The notes under the pieces were generated by a model, which was not told where the DNA came from, ran no database searches, and worked only from the letters and a program-made list of their open reading frames with translations. The translations under genes and the position numbers were made by a program. 57,075 bases of DNA from Persephonella sp. (lineage in GTDB: Bacteria; Aquificota; Aquificia; Aquificales; Hydrogenothermaceae): positions 1 to 57,075 of the forward strand of contig JALVEY010000163.1 of NCBI GenBank assembly GCA_027030485.1, written 5' to 3'. Below, one piece after another: positions 36,561 through 47,187 of the stretch; the first letter of the stretch is position 1; every line of letters begins with the position of its first letter.

Positions 36561-37652
36561 TTGAAAATAGGAAGAAATGATTTTTCGTCTTTAGATATTG
36601 ATAAGATAAAACTTATATACCTTTTCACAACTATAGGTTCTGTTGTTCTTATATCTGTGGCTTTTCTGCATTTTATAAAAGGCGACATTAATATGTTTGC
36701 GTTTGAAATTCTTGTAGCAACAGGGGGAATTTTAAATGCTATTCTTCTTAAAATCACAAAAAATGTGAAGATAGCTGAAAATTTTATTCTTCTTGGCATG
36801 CTTATTCTAATCTGTGGGATATTAGTTCATGGAGGTTATCAAAGAACAGGTATTTACTGGATATACACATACCCTCTTCTAACGTTCTTTCTTAAGGGAA
36901 ATAGAATAGGAATTTTATGGAATGTGATTTTTTTATTTCTTGTTTTGGTACTTATGTTTTTGGATTATAAAAATGCAGTTCCGATCGCCTTTTCGGCAGA
37001 TGAGATCAGACAGGCTATCCTTGCTTATGTGATTGTTATGGTGCTTGCGTACATCTTTGAAGAAGCGCTTTTAAAATCTTATAGCGAGGTCTCAAGGCTT
37101 GCAGTTACGGATCAGCTAACAGGTTTATACAACAGGTATTATATTTTTAACAAACTTAATGATGAAATAAAAAGGGCAAAGAGATTTCAAAGGAGTTTCT
37201 GTGTAATTCTTATGGATATAGACAACTTTAAAAACATTAATGATAAGTTTGGTCATGATGTAGGGGATTTTGTTCTCTTTGAGGTTGCTGAGGTTTTAAG
37301 GGAAATAACAAGGTCTATCGATACTGTTGGCAGGCTTGGAGGAGAAGAATTTATCGTGATATGCCCTAATACAGATATTGTTGGGGGAAAGATAACCGCT
37401 GAAAAGATAAGATCTTCAATTGAGAAATTGCATATTCCTCATGTGGGAAAAATAACTGTTAGTGTGGGGGTTGCTGAGTTTACCGGTGATGAAACAGCCC
37501 ACGAACTTATAAAATCTGCTGATCTTGCCCTTTATAAAGCAAAAAGATCAGGTAAAAATAAGGTTGAACTTTTTTCAAAAAGGGGAAACATAATAAGATT
37601 TGGTATTGATCTTTTGCAAATAAAAAAACCTGCCTCGGTGGGCAGGCAGTAA
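36561..37652 (+). CDS. Membrane-bound diguanylate cyclase
   Basis: N-terminal TMs; DQLTGLYNR, DIDNFK, RSID I-site and GGEEF motifs. Confidence 0.9.
   Translation: MKIGRNDFSSLDIDKIKLIYLFTTIGSVVLISVAFLHFIKGDINMFAFEILVATGGILNAILLKITKNVKIAENFILLGMLILICGILVHGGYQRTGIYWIYTYPLLTFFLKGNRIGILWNVIFLFLVLVLMFLDYKNAVPIAFSADEIRQAILAYVIVMVLAYIFEEALLKSYSEVSRLAVTDQLTGLYNRYYIFNKLNDEIKRAKRFQRSFCVILMDIDNFKNINDKFGHDVGDFVLFEVAEVLREITRSIDTVGRLGGEEFIVICPNTDIVGGKITAEKIRSSIEKLHIPHVGKITVSVGVAEFTGDETAHELIKSADLALYKAKRSGKNKVELFSKRGNIIRFGIDLLQIKKPASVGRQ
37622..37646 (-). terminator. Intrinsic terminator for the TonB-dependent receptor gene
   Basis: cctgcc-tcggtg-ggcagg hairpin with T7 on the - strand, lying inside the 3' end of the convergent cyclase gene. 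Confidence 0.65.
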
Positions 37653-37692
37653 AACAACACACTAAGAGCAGCAAGATTACTGGCAGCAGGAC

Positions 37693-39744
37693 TTAAAATC
37701 TATAATTAACATTCATATATACAAATCTACCTGGTTCTGGAACTTTTGTTCCTGTGCCGAAAGGATTTCTAAGGTAAGATAGGTGTGTATAGTAATTTTT
37801 GTCGAAAAGGTTATCTATCCCTAATCCTACGAAGGCTCTATTTCCCGCATTAAATCCTGTTTTTATGTTAACAACGTAGTAAGATTTTGTCTTTTGTTCA
37901 TTTAGATCGGTATCAACATCTTCCTGAGGCGAAGCATAAATTCCCTCAATCTGTCCGAATACCGTTCCATTGTCGTATTTTACAGCTATTCTTGTTTTAA
38001 GTGGTGGTATCTCAGCAAGATCACCGTCCGTATAATTTCCGCTATCTTTTCTTCCCCTCTGGTAAGCTATACCTGTTTCAATGGAAATAGTGTCTGTCAG
38101 CATCCCGACAGCTGTCATATCTCCACCATAAATATGAGCATCAATGTTCTGGTAAGATGTTGCTTCTTTAGTTCCTGCTTGGTTTGATATGTTCGTCAGA
38201 TATATATAATCTGTCAGATCGCTATAAAAAATATTTCCCTTTAGTCCGAACGTCCCCCAGTAATACTCAAAACCAGCATCAACCTCATTGTTTTTTGTAG
38301 GGTTAAGGTTTGGATTTCCTACCCAATCTTCTCTTATCGGTGGTTTTTTCAATGCGATGTATCTTTCTTCCGGGTCTGGAACTCTAACCGTATGTCCAAA
38401 TCCGATATATGCACTTGATCTTTTATCAAACTTGTATCTTATAACCAGATTTCCTGATAAGTATGTATCTGTTTTGCTTAGGCTGTAGTTTGTTCCATAA
38501 TATTCGTTGAAAATACCATTATTTGATGCTCCCAAAGCATTCCTATCAGCTTTTGATTTTGTTTTATCAACCCTCAATCCTGCATTTACTATAAGATTGT
38601 TTATTTTTTTCGTCCCCTCAATGTAAGCTCCTATATTTTTTATATCAACATCAGGTATCATTCCTCTATTATCCAGTGCCATAAGCTGGTTGTCAGCTTT
38701 CCAGTTTCTTAAGTATGCATCAATTCCAAATTTAAGATTCATATCTCCTAATCTTAGACCCTTTTCTACTTTTCCACCATAGGTTTTTGTTTTTGCAAGT
38801 GTTCTCATCATATAACCTCTGCTCCACCCTGTGGAACTTACTCTCCACCTGTCCTGCATATCATGTCTGACGAAATTCCAATAAGCTGAGATCTTAATGT
38901 CTAAAGGTTTTATCAGATATTCGCCGTTAATCCTGTGGGTTCTGTCGTAAATTGCGTCCATCATCAAATAAGGGTATAAAACATCCTTTGCTTCATCAAA
39001 TCCGTAGTTTATTTTTAACTCGTTCTCTTGATTTGGGGTAATAACCATCTTTGCCCATGCATTATCTATATTAAAAGCAGTATGGTCTATTTCTGATGGT
39101 TTATAGGCTGACATACCTAAAGGGTATTCGGTTATCTTTTTTCCTTCCCCTGATTCGTATGGTTTAGAGTACTGTTTAGAGTAGCCTACAAGTACTTTAA
39201 CCAGATCGTTTCCTACAAAACCGTCAAATCCTCCGTGAAGGTAATTAAAATATCCTCCTGTGAAAAATAAAGAACCACCTACTCCTTTTTCTGGATCTTT
39301 AGAGATCAGATTGACAACGCCCGCAAGTGATCCTTGATTGGACACATCAAATGGTCCTTCAAGTATTTGAACTTCTTTAACCTGCCTTGTTGACATATGG
39401 AAAATTGGAGGATCCATTCTGTTAGGACATGCTCCATAAATTCTCTGTCCGTCTATTAAAACATTTATGTTGTCTCTTCCAAAACCTCTAATGGTTATAT
39501 CATTAGCTGTTCCCCCTTTTCTTATGTGATTGACTTCAGGAAATAGGTTTGAAAGAACTTCTCCTATATCTATCTGTCTTGTTATTTTAATTTCCTCTTC
39601 CGTAGCTTCTCTGGTTTCTCCAACTGTTTCTTCTGCCGTAATTTCTTCAGCGACTGTTATTTTTTTGACTTTTATAACTTCCTGCGCTTGAGATATAGAA
39701 AAAAACGCCGGCAATACCAGCCCTGCTGCTAAAAGCTTTCTCAT
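37693..39744 (-). CDS. TonB-dependent copper receptor (OprC/NosA-like)
   Basis: Signal peptide, plug motif ACPNRMDPP (CxxxM Cu site), Met-rich, C-terminal EPGR..YRF. Confidence 0.85.
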   Translation of the reverse strand: MRKLLAAGLVLPAFFSISQAQEVIKVKKITVAEEITAEETVGETREATEEEIKITRQIDIGEVLSNLFPEVNHIRKGGTANDITIRGFGRDNINVLIDGQRIYGACPNRMDPPIFHMSTRQVKEVQILEGPFDVSNQGSLAGVVNLISKDPEKGVGGSLFFTGGYFNYLHGGFDGFVGNDLVKVLVGYSKQYSKPYESGEGKKITEYPLGMSAYKPSEIDHTAFNIDNAWAKMVITPNQENELKINYGFDEAKDVLYPYLMMDAIYDRTHRINGEYLIKPLDIKISAYWNFVRHDMQDRWRVSSTGWSRGYMMRTLAKTKTYGGKVEKGLRLGDMNLKFGIDAYLRNWKADNQLMALDNRGMIPDVDIKNIGAYIEGTKKINNLIVNAGLRVDKTKSKADRNALGASNNGIFNEYYGTNYSLSKTDTYLSGNLVIRYKFDKRSSAYIGFGHTVRVPDPEERYIALKKPPIREDWVGNPNLNPTKNNEVDAGFEYYWGTFGLKGNIFYSDLTDYIYLTNISNQAGTKEATSYQNIDAHIYGGDMTAVGMLTDTISIETGIAYQRGRKDSGNYTDGDLAEIPPLKTRIAVKYDNGTVFGQIEGIYASPQEDVDTDLNEQKTKSYYVVNIKTGFNAGNRAFVGLGIDNLFDKNYYTHLSYLRNPFGTGTKVPEPGRFVYMNVNYRF

Positions 39745-39838
39745 TTCACCCTCCTTGTTATTTTTGATTTAATTTTAATATAATTTTAACATTAATTAAT
39801 TCTAAAATTTAAATTAAAATTTGTTGTTTAAAGGAGCA

Positions 39839-39869
39839 TTGATATAGATCAAAGTTTGACTATAATCAA
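39839..39869. promoter_or_regulatory. Tandem FNR/DNR-type boxes
   Basis: TTGAT-atag-ATCAA (39839-39852) and TTGAC-tata-ATCAA (39856-39869) between divergent copper genes. Confidence 0.8.
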
Positions 39870-39917
39870 TGGATAAATAAGCTAAAATGTAATATTGTTA
39901 TTACTGGAGGTAAAAAT

Positions 39918-40517
39918 ATGAAAAGAGTTGTAGGGATACTTGCAGTTTTTTTATTGTTAAGTTATCTATCCCACGGTTATCAATTTTACGGTTATCCATA
40001 CATCCAAAAAATAAAGAATTTTACACTTATTAACCAAGATGGGAAAGAAGTAAGCTTTTCAGATTTTAGGGGGAAATATTTACTTGTTTTTTTTGGTTAT
40101 ACATTCTGTCCTGATGTTTGCCCAACATCTATGCTCAGGATAAAGGAAACCCTTGACTACCTCGGCAGTTATAAAAAGTATGTACATGTTCTTTTCATTT
40201 CTGTAGATCCTGAAAGGGATACACCTGAGCTTTTGAAAAGGTTTATATCTTTTTACGATCCTTCCGGCAAATATATTACAGGGCTTACAGGGAAACCTGA
40301 AGAGATAAAAAAGGTTGCCAAAATGTTCAAAGCATACTACGAGAAGGTTCCAATAAAAGATAATCCGGAGGTTGGTTATCTTGTGGATCATACAGCTTTT
40401 ATATATTTAATAGATAAGAAAGGTATATTAAGAATTATATTTAGACCTGCGAATGATGATCCAAAAAGGATAGCTCAAGATATAATACAGGTAATAAAAA
40501 TTTTTGGAGTTGAATGA
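39918..40517 (+). CDS. SCO family copper chaperone
   Basis: FFGYTFCPDVCP, SVDPERD, VDHT. Confidence 0.93.
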   Translation: MKRVVGILAVFLLLSYLSHGYQFYGYPYIQKIKNFTLINQDGKEVSFSDFRGKYLLVFFGYTFCPDVCPTSMLRIKETLDYLGSYKKYVHVLFISVDPERDTPELLKRFISFYDPSGKYITGLTGKPEEIKKVAKMFKAYYEKVPIKDNPEVGYLVDHTAFIYLIDKKGILRIIFRPANDDPKRIAQDIIQVIKIFGVE

Positions 40518-40933
40518 TGGGAAAAATATTTACAGTTTTACTTGTAATTGTAGGGTTTGTGTACGCAAAGCCAGAGATTGTTATTGAGGATCCGTGGGTC
40601 AGGGCAGTTCCTCCAACAGCAAAAAATACAGCTCTTTTCATGGTTATAAAAAATGTTGGCGATGATCCAGATACTTTAATTGGCGTAAAAACAGATATAT
40701 CCAAAATGGTTTCTATTCACAAAACAGTAAACCAGAATGGAGTGATGAAAATGGTTCATGTTGATAAGCTTACTATTCCTCCAAACAGTAAAGTAGAGCT
40801 CAAGCCTGGCGGGTTTCATATAATGATTATGGGACTTAAAAGAGGGTTAAAGATAGGAGAAAATGTGAAATTCACGTTAATTTTTGAAAAATCTGGTAGG
40901 ATTATTTTAGAAGCACCTGTAAAAATGAAATAG
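40514..40933 (+). CDS. Copper chaperone PCu(A)C
   Basis: PWVRA; H..MKM..PGGFHIM (Hx10Mx21HxM-type). Confidence 0.9.
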   Translation: MMGKIFTVLLVIVGFVYAKPEIVIEDPWVRAVPPTAKNTALFMVIKNVGDDPDTLIGVKTDISKMVSIHKTVNQNGVMKMVHVDKLTIPPNSKVELKPGGFHIMIMGLKRGLKIGENVKFTLIFEKSGRIILEAPVKMK

Positions 40934-41332
40934 CTATTTTTTTAAGGTTAAAAGCCAGTTGATAATGAGTTTTATTTCTTCATCTGTGTAATAAGGTTTT
41001 TGGGGGGGCATATACATCACGTCTCCTCTCCCAAGTTTTGTTTGAACATGATTTTTTAGCCAATTATGCCACTTTCCTTTACTTCCGTTTTTTATAGCCT
41101 CAAAGAACTGCTTTTTTAATGTTTCTTCTGGAACATCTCTGTATCTTTCCAGTATTACTTTGAATGGGGGGGCTACTATAGTTTTTCTTATGTCATGGCA
41201 CCAAGAACATCTTTTGGCAAGCATTTTCCCTTTAAGAATAGGATTTTTTTCTATCTCTTCCCTTGTTAGTGCGAAGCTGGAAAGAGTAAAAGCCAGTATC
41301 CCTGTTAAAATAGAAATTATGAATTTTTTCAT
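40934..41332 (-). CDS. Monoheme cytochrome c
   Basis: Signal peptide, CSWCH, MPPQ. Confidence 0.85.
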   Translation of the reverse strand: MKKFIISILTGILAFTLSSFALTREEIEKNPILKGKMLAKRCSWCHDIRKTIVAPPFKVILERYRDVPEETLKKQFFEAIKNGSKGKWHNWLKNHVQTKLGRGDVMYMPPQKPYYTDEEIKLIINWLLTLKK

Positions 41333-41341
41333 CTTAACCTC

Positions 41342-42133
41342 CTAAAAATCCTTTTTTCTAAATTTGTATAAACCGACAATTAAAGGGAAAAATATCCATA
41401 CAAAAAGTACCCCAAAAGATACAGAAATGCCTAATTTTGTATCGAAAAATTTCTGAAATACCGCTCCTGTATATCCCAATAGTGCAGCTATATCAAGCTT
41501 AAGAATAACAAAAATTCTTGCAATATCTATAGGATTTAATATAGACATTAGCAGAACAGGTTTTTCAAGTGGATAATCTTTAAAATATATGATGATAAAT
41601 AAGATGATACCATCATAAATAAGGGTTGTGTAAAGCCACACCAAAATGGAAGACCCGAACCCTTTTACCCTATCCTCAAAAAAGGTGGCGATCAAAAATG
41701 CAAAGGCAACAAATATAAATGTTAAAAATATTCCTGCTATAACAAGTGAAAAGTACAAAAAGTATTCAGGTGGTTCTTCCAAAGATTTTATAAAAAAGAG
41801 ATAAGGGATAATAACACCAAGAGCAAAGCTTATTGATAGTGAAATTGTTGTGCCTAAGTATTTTGATATGTATATGCTACTTCTTTTTATAGGCAATGAA
41901 AGTAGAAGTTCAATAAAATTTCTTGAATCATACATAAATATTGTTCCTAAAATTAAGCTTGTAAGGGGAATTACCAGAATGATCAGTTGGAGGAGTGTAG
42001 CTACGACTTTTGCAGGTGATTTTGCAAAATAAAAAAGTGCGGTTGTAAGTACGAGGAAAAATATAAAGTAGAATATTATCCATTTATTTCTATACATATT
42101 GAAGAACTCGTATTTTAATAGTTTAATAGACAT
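41342..42133 (-). CDS. nosY: Nos ABC transporter permease
   Basis: ELLLSLPIKRS, LNPIDIARI, AALLGYTGA; position within the nos cluster. Confidence 0.9.
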   Translation of the reverse strand: MSIKLLKYEFFNMYRNKWIIFYFIFFLVLTTALFYFAKSPAKVVATLLQLIILVIPLTSLILGTIFMYDSRNFIELLLSLPIKRSSIYISKYLGTTISLSISFALGVIIPYLFFIKSLEEPPEYFLYFSLVIAGIFLTFIFVAFAFLIATFFEDRVKGFGSSILVWLYTTLIYDGIILFIIIYFKDYPLEKPVLLMSILNPIDIARIFVILKLDIAALLGYTGAVFQKFFDTKLGISVSFGVLFVWIFFPLIVGLYKFRKKDF

Positions 42134-42842
42134 ATCCTCTCTCCATAAGTTTTGCGATAGCCCTTTCTAAGTTTTTTTCACCGGAATTTTCAATTATCTC
42201 TTTTACTGATCCCTGAACATAAATAACTCCCTCAAGTAAAAAGATGATGTAGTCGGCTATCTCTTCAACCTCACTCATGATATGGGATGTTAGCACAATT
42301 AGTCTGTTTCTTTCTACCTGCTCTCTTATCTTGTCCTTCAGAAAACTGCTTGATATAGGATCAAGACCAACTGTAGGTTCATCAAGGAAATAAAGTTCAG
42401 GATCAAACATAAAGGTTATTAGAGCACTTACCTTCTGTTTTGTCCCACCTGACAGGGTTTTAAGTTTTTTGTCCATATATTGCTGGAGTTTAAAACCTTT
42501 TATGAAACTTTCTTTAATATTTGGATTGTATCCTTCTCTCCTTATGTCAACAAGCATGTTTATAAGCTCTTTAAGGGTTAAATTTTCCGGAAAAACCGCT
42601 GTTTGTGGCATATAGCCTATATATTTTCTGTAATCCCAGCTGTGGGTAGCACTTTCTCCTTTTACATATATTTCTCCGGAAGTTGGTATAACCAGCCCTA
42701 AAATAGATTTGATCAGGGTGGTTTTTCCTGATCCGTTAGGTCCCAGTATGGCAACAACCTGTCCTTTCGTTAACTCTAAGTTAATTCCTTTAAGAACCTC
42801 AAGTTTTCCAAATTTTTTATGTAAGTTTTTTACCTTGACCAT
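42123..42842 (-). CDS. nosF: Nos ABC transporter ATPase
   Basis: GPNGSGKT, LSGG, LDEPTVGLDP; lies between nosD and nosY. Confidence 0.9.
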   Translation of the reverse strand: MVKVKNLHKKFGKLEVLKGINLELTKGQVVAILGPNGSGKTTLIKSILGLVIPTSGEIYVKGESATHSWDYRKYIGYMPQTAVFPENLTLKELINMLVDIRREGYNPNIKESFIKGFKLQQYMDKKLKTLSGGTKQKVSALITFMFDPELYFLDEPTVGLDPISSSFLKDKIREQVERNRLIVLTSHIMSEVEEIADYIIFLLEGVIYVQGSVKEIIENSGEKNLERAIAKLMERGYVY

Positions 42843-44107
42843 TCATATCTCCTCATTAATGGCCTTTTGTCCATTAACTTTGAAGGTATAATCATTGGAA
42901 AGTTTCTTTCTGTGTAGTCAAGCAGGTATATAAAAAAACTTCTGGTTAATACTAAGGAAAGGGGATAGTTTTCTGTAAAATAACCAAATAAAGAAACGGG
43001 TCTGTACGGAACATCTCCGATGCCATCACCGTTAAGATCGTATCCCTTGTAATCGCTCCAGTAGTTTTCTGTGTAAGTATTAGGATTTTCAAAGCTGTTT
43101 GTAGCCACATTAAATGTATTTGCTATGAAGTTGTTGTGTTTGAAGATATTGTTCTGGGAATTTCCCCATATTCTTAAAGCCCATCCGTTTTCTAAGAAAT
43201 CATTCTCTTTTATCACAGTTCTGTTGGTGTTATCTGCGAATATACCTGTTGTGTTTTTATATATAACATTGTGGTATATATAGCTATCATAAATCTCTTT
43301 TAATAAAAGTCCGTAGGATGCCATTCCCCAGTTATATTCAAATCTATTGTTAGCCATGTATACAAACTTTGTGTACATAACAGCAACGCCGGCTCCATTA
43401 TTTCTAAAGATGTTGTTAATGTAATTATCCTTATGTGAAAACATAAAGTGAAGCCCGTATCTAAGATTTTTTTCGCTTATGTTGTTTATTATTGTGCTAT
43501 TTTTAACAAACTCAAAGTAAATACCATCTCTATGGTTTTTTACATGATTTGACTCTACGAGCATATTTTTACAATGCCACAGATGTATACCGTTCCCAAA
43601 ATTTGTTTCTATCCTTGTTCCAAATGCTGATTTCAGATACTCTAACTTTGCTGGTCCAAAAACTTTATTATTTTTTATCACGCCATTTTTTGAAGCAGCA
43701 AAGTATATTCCCCAGAAATTATTTCTTAAAATGCAGTCTTCTATGCGACAGTTTTTTGTTTTGAAAAATTTTATTCCTGCCAGATCTTCAATATCGCTTT
43801 TTCCTGAGTTCTGGATGACAAGACCTTTGACAACTACATTGTTTGCTTTTACTGTGATGACTTCGTATTTTTTTTGTCCATCTATTACAGGGTATCCTTC
43901 GCCGATAAGCTTTACAGATTTTTTTACAACTATATTTCCTTCTTTGTAGATTCCCTTTTTGATTAAGATTGTGTCTCCGTTTTCAGCGATCTGGAGGGCT
44001 TTTTTTATTGAAGAGATTTTGCAGTCTGGACAAACTGTTATTGTTTTTGCATATGATAAAGTATATGTAATTAAAAATAATACCTTTATGCAGAGGAGTT
44101 TTTTCAT
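42830..44107 (-). CDS. nosD: Nitrous oxide reductase maturation protein NosD
   Basis: GNGIHLW, HRDGIY, LRYGLHFMFS, NYWSDY.GYDL..DGIGD. Confidence 0.95.
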   Translation of the reverse strand: MKKLLCIKVLFLITYTLSYAKTITVCPDCKISSIKKALQIAENGDTILIKKGIYKEGNIVVKKSVKLIGEGYPVIDGQKKYEVITVKANNVVVKGLVIQNSGKSDIEDLAGIKFFKTKNCRIEDCILRNNFWGIYFAASKNGVIKNNKVFGPAKLEYLKSAFGTRIETNFGNGIHLWHCKNMLVESNHVKNHRDGIYFEFVKNSTIINNISEKNLRYGLHFMFSHKDNYINNIFRNNGAGVAVMYTKFVYMANNRFEYNWGMASYGLLLKEIYDSYIYHNVIYKNTTGIFADNTNRTVIKENDFLENGWALRIWGNSQNNIFKHNNFIANTFNVATNSFENPNTYTENYWSDYKGYDLNGDGIGDVPYRPVSLFGYFTENYPLSLVLTRSFFIYLLDYTERNFPMIIPSKLMDKRPLMRRYEWSR

Positions 44108-44108
44108 T

Positions 44109-44618
44109 TTACATGTTCATATGGTTATGATTATGCATTTTCATTTTATGTTTTTTCTGTATCCACTCCTTTTTTACAAGATCAACAACCTGATTCCAGT
44201 TTAATACTTCCCCACCATATTTTTCTTTCATTTTTTCAAGTTCTTCTTTTTTTTCAAAGGCTGTAAGGTTCATACCCATTGGACTGGGAAGATTATCTGA
44301 ATGCAAATATAAAGCTTTTTCTGCAGGTATAAATTTTTTGCTTATAAAATCAGGAACCCATAAAGAATTTATTTTCATCTTTTCTTTGTTTTCAATGTAA
44401 AATGCCGCAAGGCATTCTATACTATCAAACTTATAGGCTTTTCCGGTTTTTAATAAGATCTCAGATCCGTATCTTGGATCTGTTATTTTCATACGACAGT
44501 AAGCACATTCATCCTGTCCATAATTGATAGGTACAGGTTTTATTTCTTTTTCACATGATATAGATATAAAAAGGAATATTGCTGGAGCCATCCAAAGTAG
44601 AATTTTGGAGAGTTTCAT
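44109..44618 (-). CDS. nosL: Copper chaperone lipoprotein NosL
   Basis: Lipobox ISC; CAYCRM, FDSIEC and SPMG motifs. Confidence 0.9.
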   Translation of the reverse strand: MKLSKILLWMAPAIFLFISISCEKEIKPVPINYGQDECAYCRMKITDPRYGSEILLKTGKAYKFDSIECLAAFYIENKEKMKINSLWVPDFISKKFIPAEKALYLHSDNLPSPMGMNLTAFEKKEELEKMKEKYGGEVLNWNQVVDLVKKEWIQKKHKMKMHNHNHMNM

Positions 44619-45199
44619 GCTTTTTTTCTACCCCTTAAAATTTCTATAAATGCAGATATTACACCAATAGTACCAGAAATGGCAAGTAAGTATGTTCCTG
44701 TTGAAGGAAATGCACATGCTTTAAAGTTAAGTAGATTTTTACATCCAAACATTGGAGGTTGGTATGCCATTCCGGGGATTTTTATCGGTGCATGGGGATT
44801 AAGATCGTGTCCGTAATCATATTCCCACCACCAAAAGTCAGCTAATGATGCTATACCTATTATGATAATTAAGACAACCCATGTATACAGTAGCTTTTTG
44901 CTTCCGGTAAGGGCTGTTAATAATCCTAAAAATATCATAAAACCGAAAACTACAGGAAGAATTTTTAGCTCTGGGATGGAATCTGGATCTATCTTTTTCA
45001 TGCCAACATAATGGTTTAGAAGGTTGATATTTCTTAGATCGTGTGGAGTTCCCCCTGTTATTTTGTTTACCCAGATTATCATCCTAAGTCCTTCTCTATA
45101 CTGGGGAGCATAAAGGGTTATTTCCCATAAAGGCTTAAAATAAATCCCTATCATTATTAAAGAGGCGAGGGCGATAAGCCCCCGTGAAATCCAGCTCAT
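44615..45199 (-). CDS. nosB: Clade II nos membrane protein NosB
   Basis: APQY..GL, LNHYVGM, YGHDLNP.API, YQPP; directly downstream of nosZ. Confidence 0.85.
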   Translation of the reverse strand: MSWISRGLIALASLIMIGIYFKPLWEITLYAPQYREGLRMIIWVNKITGGTPHDLRNINLLNHYVGMKKIDPDSIPELKILPVVFGFMIFLGLLTALTGSKKLLYTWVVLIIIIGIASLADFWWWEYDYGHDLNPHAPIKIPGMAYQPPMFGCKNLLNFKACAFPSTGTYLLAISGTIGVISAFIEILRGRKKA

Positions 45200-45212
45200 A
45201 TTTTATACCTCC

Positions 45213-47171
45213 TTATTTTACTACGTGCATTTCTTCACCGGTTCCATACTTTATAGGTACTTTAGACCCTTTTGGAGATACTCTTATATAACCTTGCATT
45301 TCCTGATGGAGTGCAGAACAGAAATCTGTGCAGTAGAATGGATAAACACCTGGTTTTTGTGGTTTCCATTTGAGTGTTAATGTTTCTCCAGGCATAATTA
45401 GGAGGTTTGATGTTCTTGCTCCGTATACGGCAAATCCGTGAGGTATATCCCAGTCTTGCTCAATATTTGTAACATGGAAGTAAACTGTGTCTCCTACTCT
45501 TACACCTTCTATGTTGTCAGGTGTAAAGTGGGATCTGATCGCTGTCATATAAATATGTACTTCATTTCCTTTTCTTACTACTTTCGCTTCTTCCTCAGAT
45601 TTTGTAGCGTATGGATGGGTGTTTTTCTCAAGTTCAAAGATTTTCAGTGATTTAGGTGCAAGGATGCTTGCAGGTATAGCTTGTGCGTAGTGTGGTTCTC
45701 CAAGTTCTGTAAGATCAAGCAGGAATTGGGGCTTTGTATTTTTCACATCTGCAGAGATGTCATAAAGCTGTCCTGCATGTGGAAGTTCTGGTCCGGTTGG
45801 CAGGAACACATCTTTTGTAATTTTGTTCATAGGAAGAAGATATTTACCCCATGGTTTTGCAGAGTCTCCTCCTGGGATCAGCAAGTGTCCGACAGAGTAA
45901 TATGTTGGAACATGTCCAAGTACTTTACACTTTTTGTAGTCGTAATAGACAACATCCGAGGATATAAAACATGATGTATATGCGTAGCCTTTATCATCAA
46001 ATTCTGTGTGCAGAGGACCTAGACATGGGTTAGGGATTTCACAGTGATTAATAGCCTCATATTTCAGTATAGGTATTCCATCAACCTCTCCGGCAAACTG
46101 TTTGTTTTTAATAGCGTTGATCATTTTATCAAATGAGTGTATTGGTATTACTGTTGCAAGTTTACCACCACCGATGATGTATTTTCCGTCAGGTGTAACA
46201 TCTACACCGTGTGGGGATTTTGGAGTTGGCAGGAAATAAATGACACCTGGGCATTCTTTAGGAATTATCCATTTTACGCTTGTTTTCCATTCTGTTCTTG
46301 CTATTCTATCCCCTTCATCAGGTCTGTAGTTATGGGCATATTTTGTTTTTACTTCTTTGTATTTACCCTGTGCTATACATTCCTCGGCTCTTTTAAAGTT
46401 TACCGCTGCTATGTAGTCTTTATCTTTCATTGAGGCGTTTATCTCAAGGAGTGTGTGAGCCTGCTCTGTGTTATATGATGTAAAGAAGCACCATCCGTAA
46501 GAAGGTCCTTTTCCACAGTGTGCAAGGTCGTAATCGTATCCTGGAACAAGTATCTGGAATGCTATATCCATTTTTCCAGGCTGGTCAGCTCTAACGAAAG
46601 TAAGTGTACCTTTGAAGTACTTTTTGTATTCTGCTATAGGAACATCTTTTTGTGGTATTGGCACTGAGAACCTGGTTGCTGCTGTTATATATTTTGTGTC
46701 GGGAGTGACAAATGCTGATGCGTGGTTTCCCCCTGAGAAAGGTATCTCAAGTATCTCTGTTGTTTCAAAAGTTTTTAGATCAATTCTTGCTACTCTTGGT
46801 GTGTTGTTTTCATTGATAAATATCCATCTTCCATCAGGTACACCGTTTGTCTGGGATAATTCTGGATGGTGAGTATCACCCCATGGTATAAAACCATGAC
46901 TTGTCATAAGCATGGCTTTTGTTTCTTCGGAATATCCATACCCGTTCATTGGGAATACTGAGAAAACAGGTATAACTTTCAGCAGTCTTCCTGAAGGAAG
47001 TCCGTAAACACTGAGCTGACCGTTATAACCACCTGATAAAAATGCATAAAACTCATCATGTTTTCCATGTGGAACATAAACCTTTTCTGCCGGACTTTGT
47101 GCCATTGAAGGCAGAGACACAACACCGGCAGCCACCGCTGAAAACAGCGTTAGCTTTAGTTTGGATTTCAT
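45213..47171 (-). CDS. nosZ: Sec-dependent (clade II) nitrous oxide reductase
   Basis: No twin-Arg signal. CuZ His motifs DTHHP, GNHAS, SPHG, PLHT and EPH; CuA motifs PHGF and CTDFCSALHQEM. Confidence 0.97.
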   Translation of the reverse strand: MKSKLKLTLFSAVAAGVVSLPSMAQSPAEKVYVPHGKHDEFYAFLSGGYNGQLSVYGLPSGRLLKVIPVFSVFPMNGYGYSEETKAMLMTSHGFIPWGDTHHPELSQTNGVPDGRWIFINENNTPRVARIDLKTFETTEILEIPFSGGNHASAFVTPDTKYITAATRFSVPIPQKDVPIAEYKKYFKGTLTFVRADQPGKMDIAFQILVPGYDYDLAHCGKGPSYGWCFFTSYNTEQAHTLLEINASMKDKDYIAAVNFKRAEECIAQGKYKEVKTKYAHNYRPDEGDRIARTEWKTSVKWIIPKECPGVIYFLPTPKSPHGVDVTPDGKYIIGGGKLATVIPIHSFDKMINAIKNKQFAGEVDGIPILKYEAINHCEIPNPCLGPLHTEFDDKGYAYTSCFISSDVVYYDYKKCKVLGHVPTYYSVGHLLIPGGDSAKPWGKYLLPMNKITKDVFLPTGPELPHAGQLYDISADVKNTKPQFLLDLTELGEPHYAQAIPASILAPKSLKIFELEKNTHPYATKSEEEAKVVRKGNEVHIYMTAIRSHFTPDNIEGVRVGDTVYFHVTNIEQDWDIPHGFAVYGARTSNLLIMPGETLTLKWKPQKPGVYPFYCTDFCSALHQEMQGYIRVSPKGSKVPIKYGTGEEMHVVK

Positions 47172-47187
47172 AACTCTTCCCTCCTTA

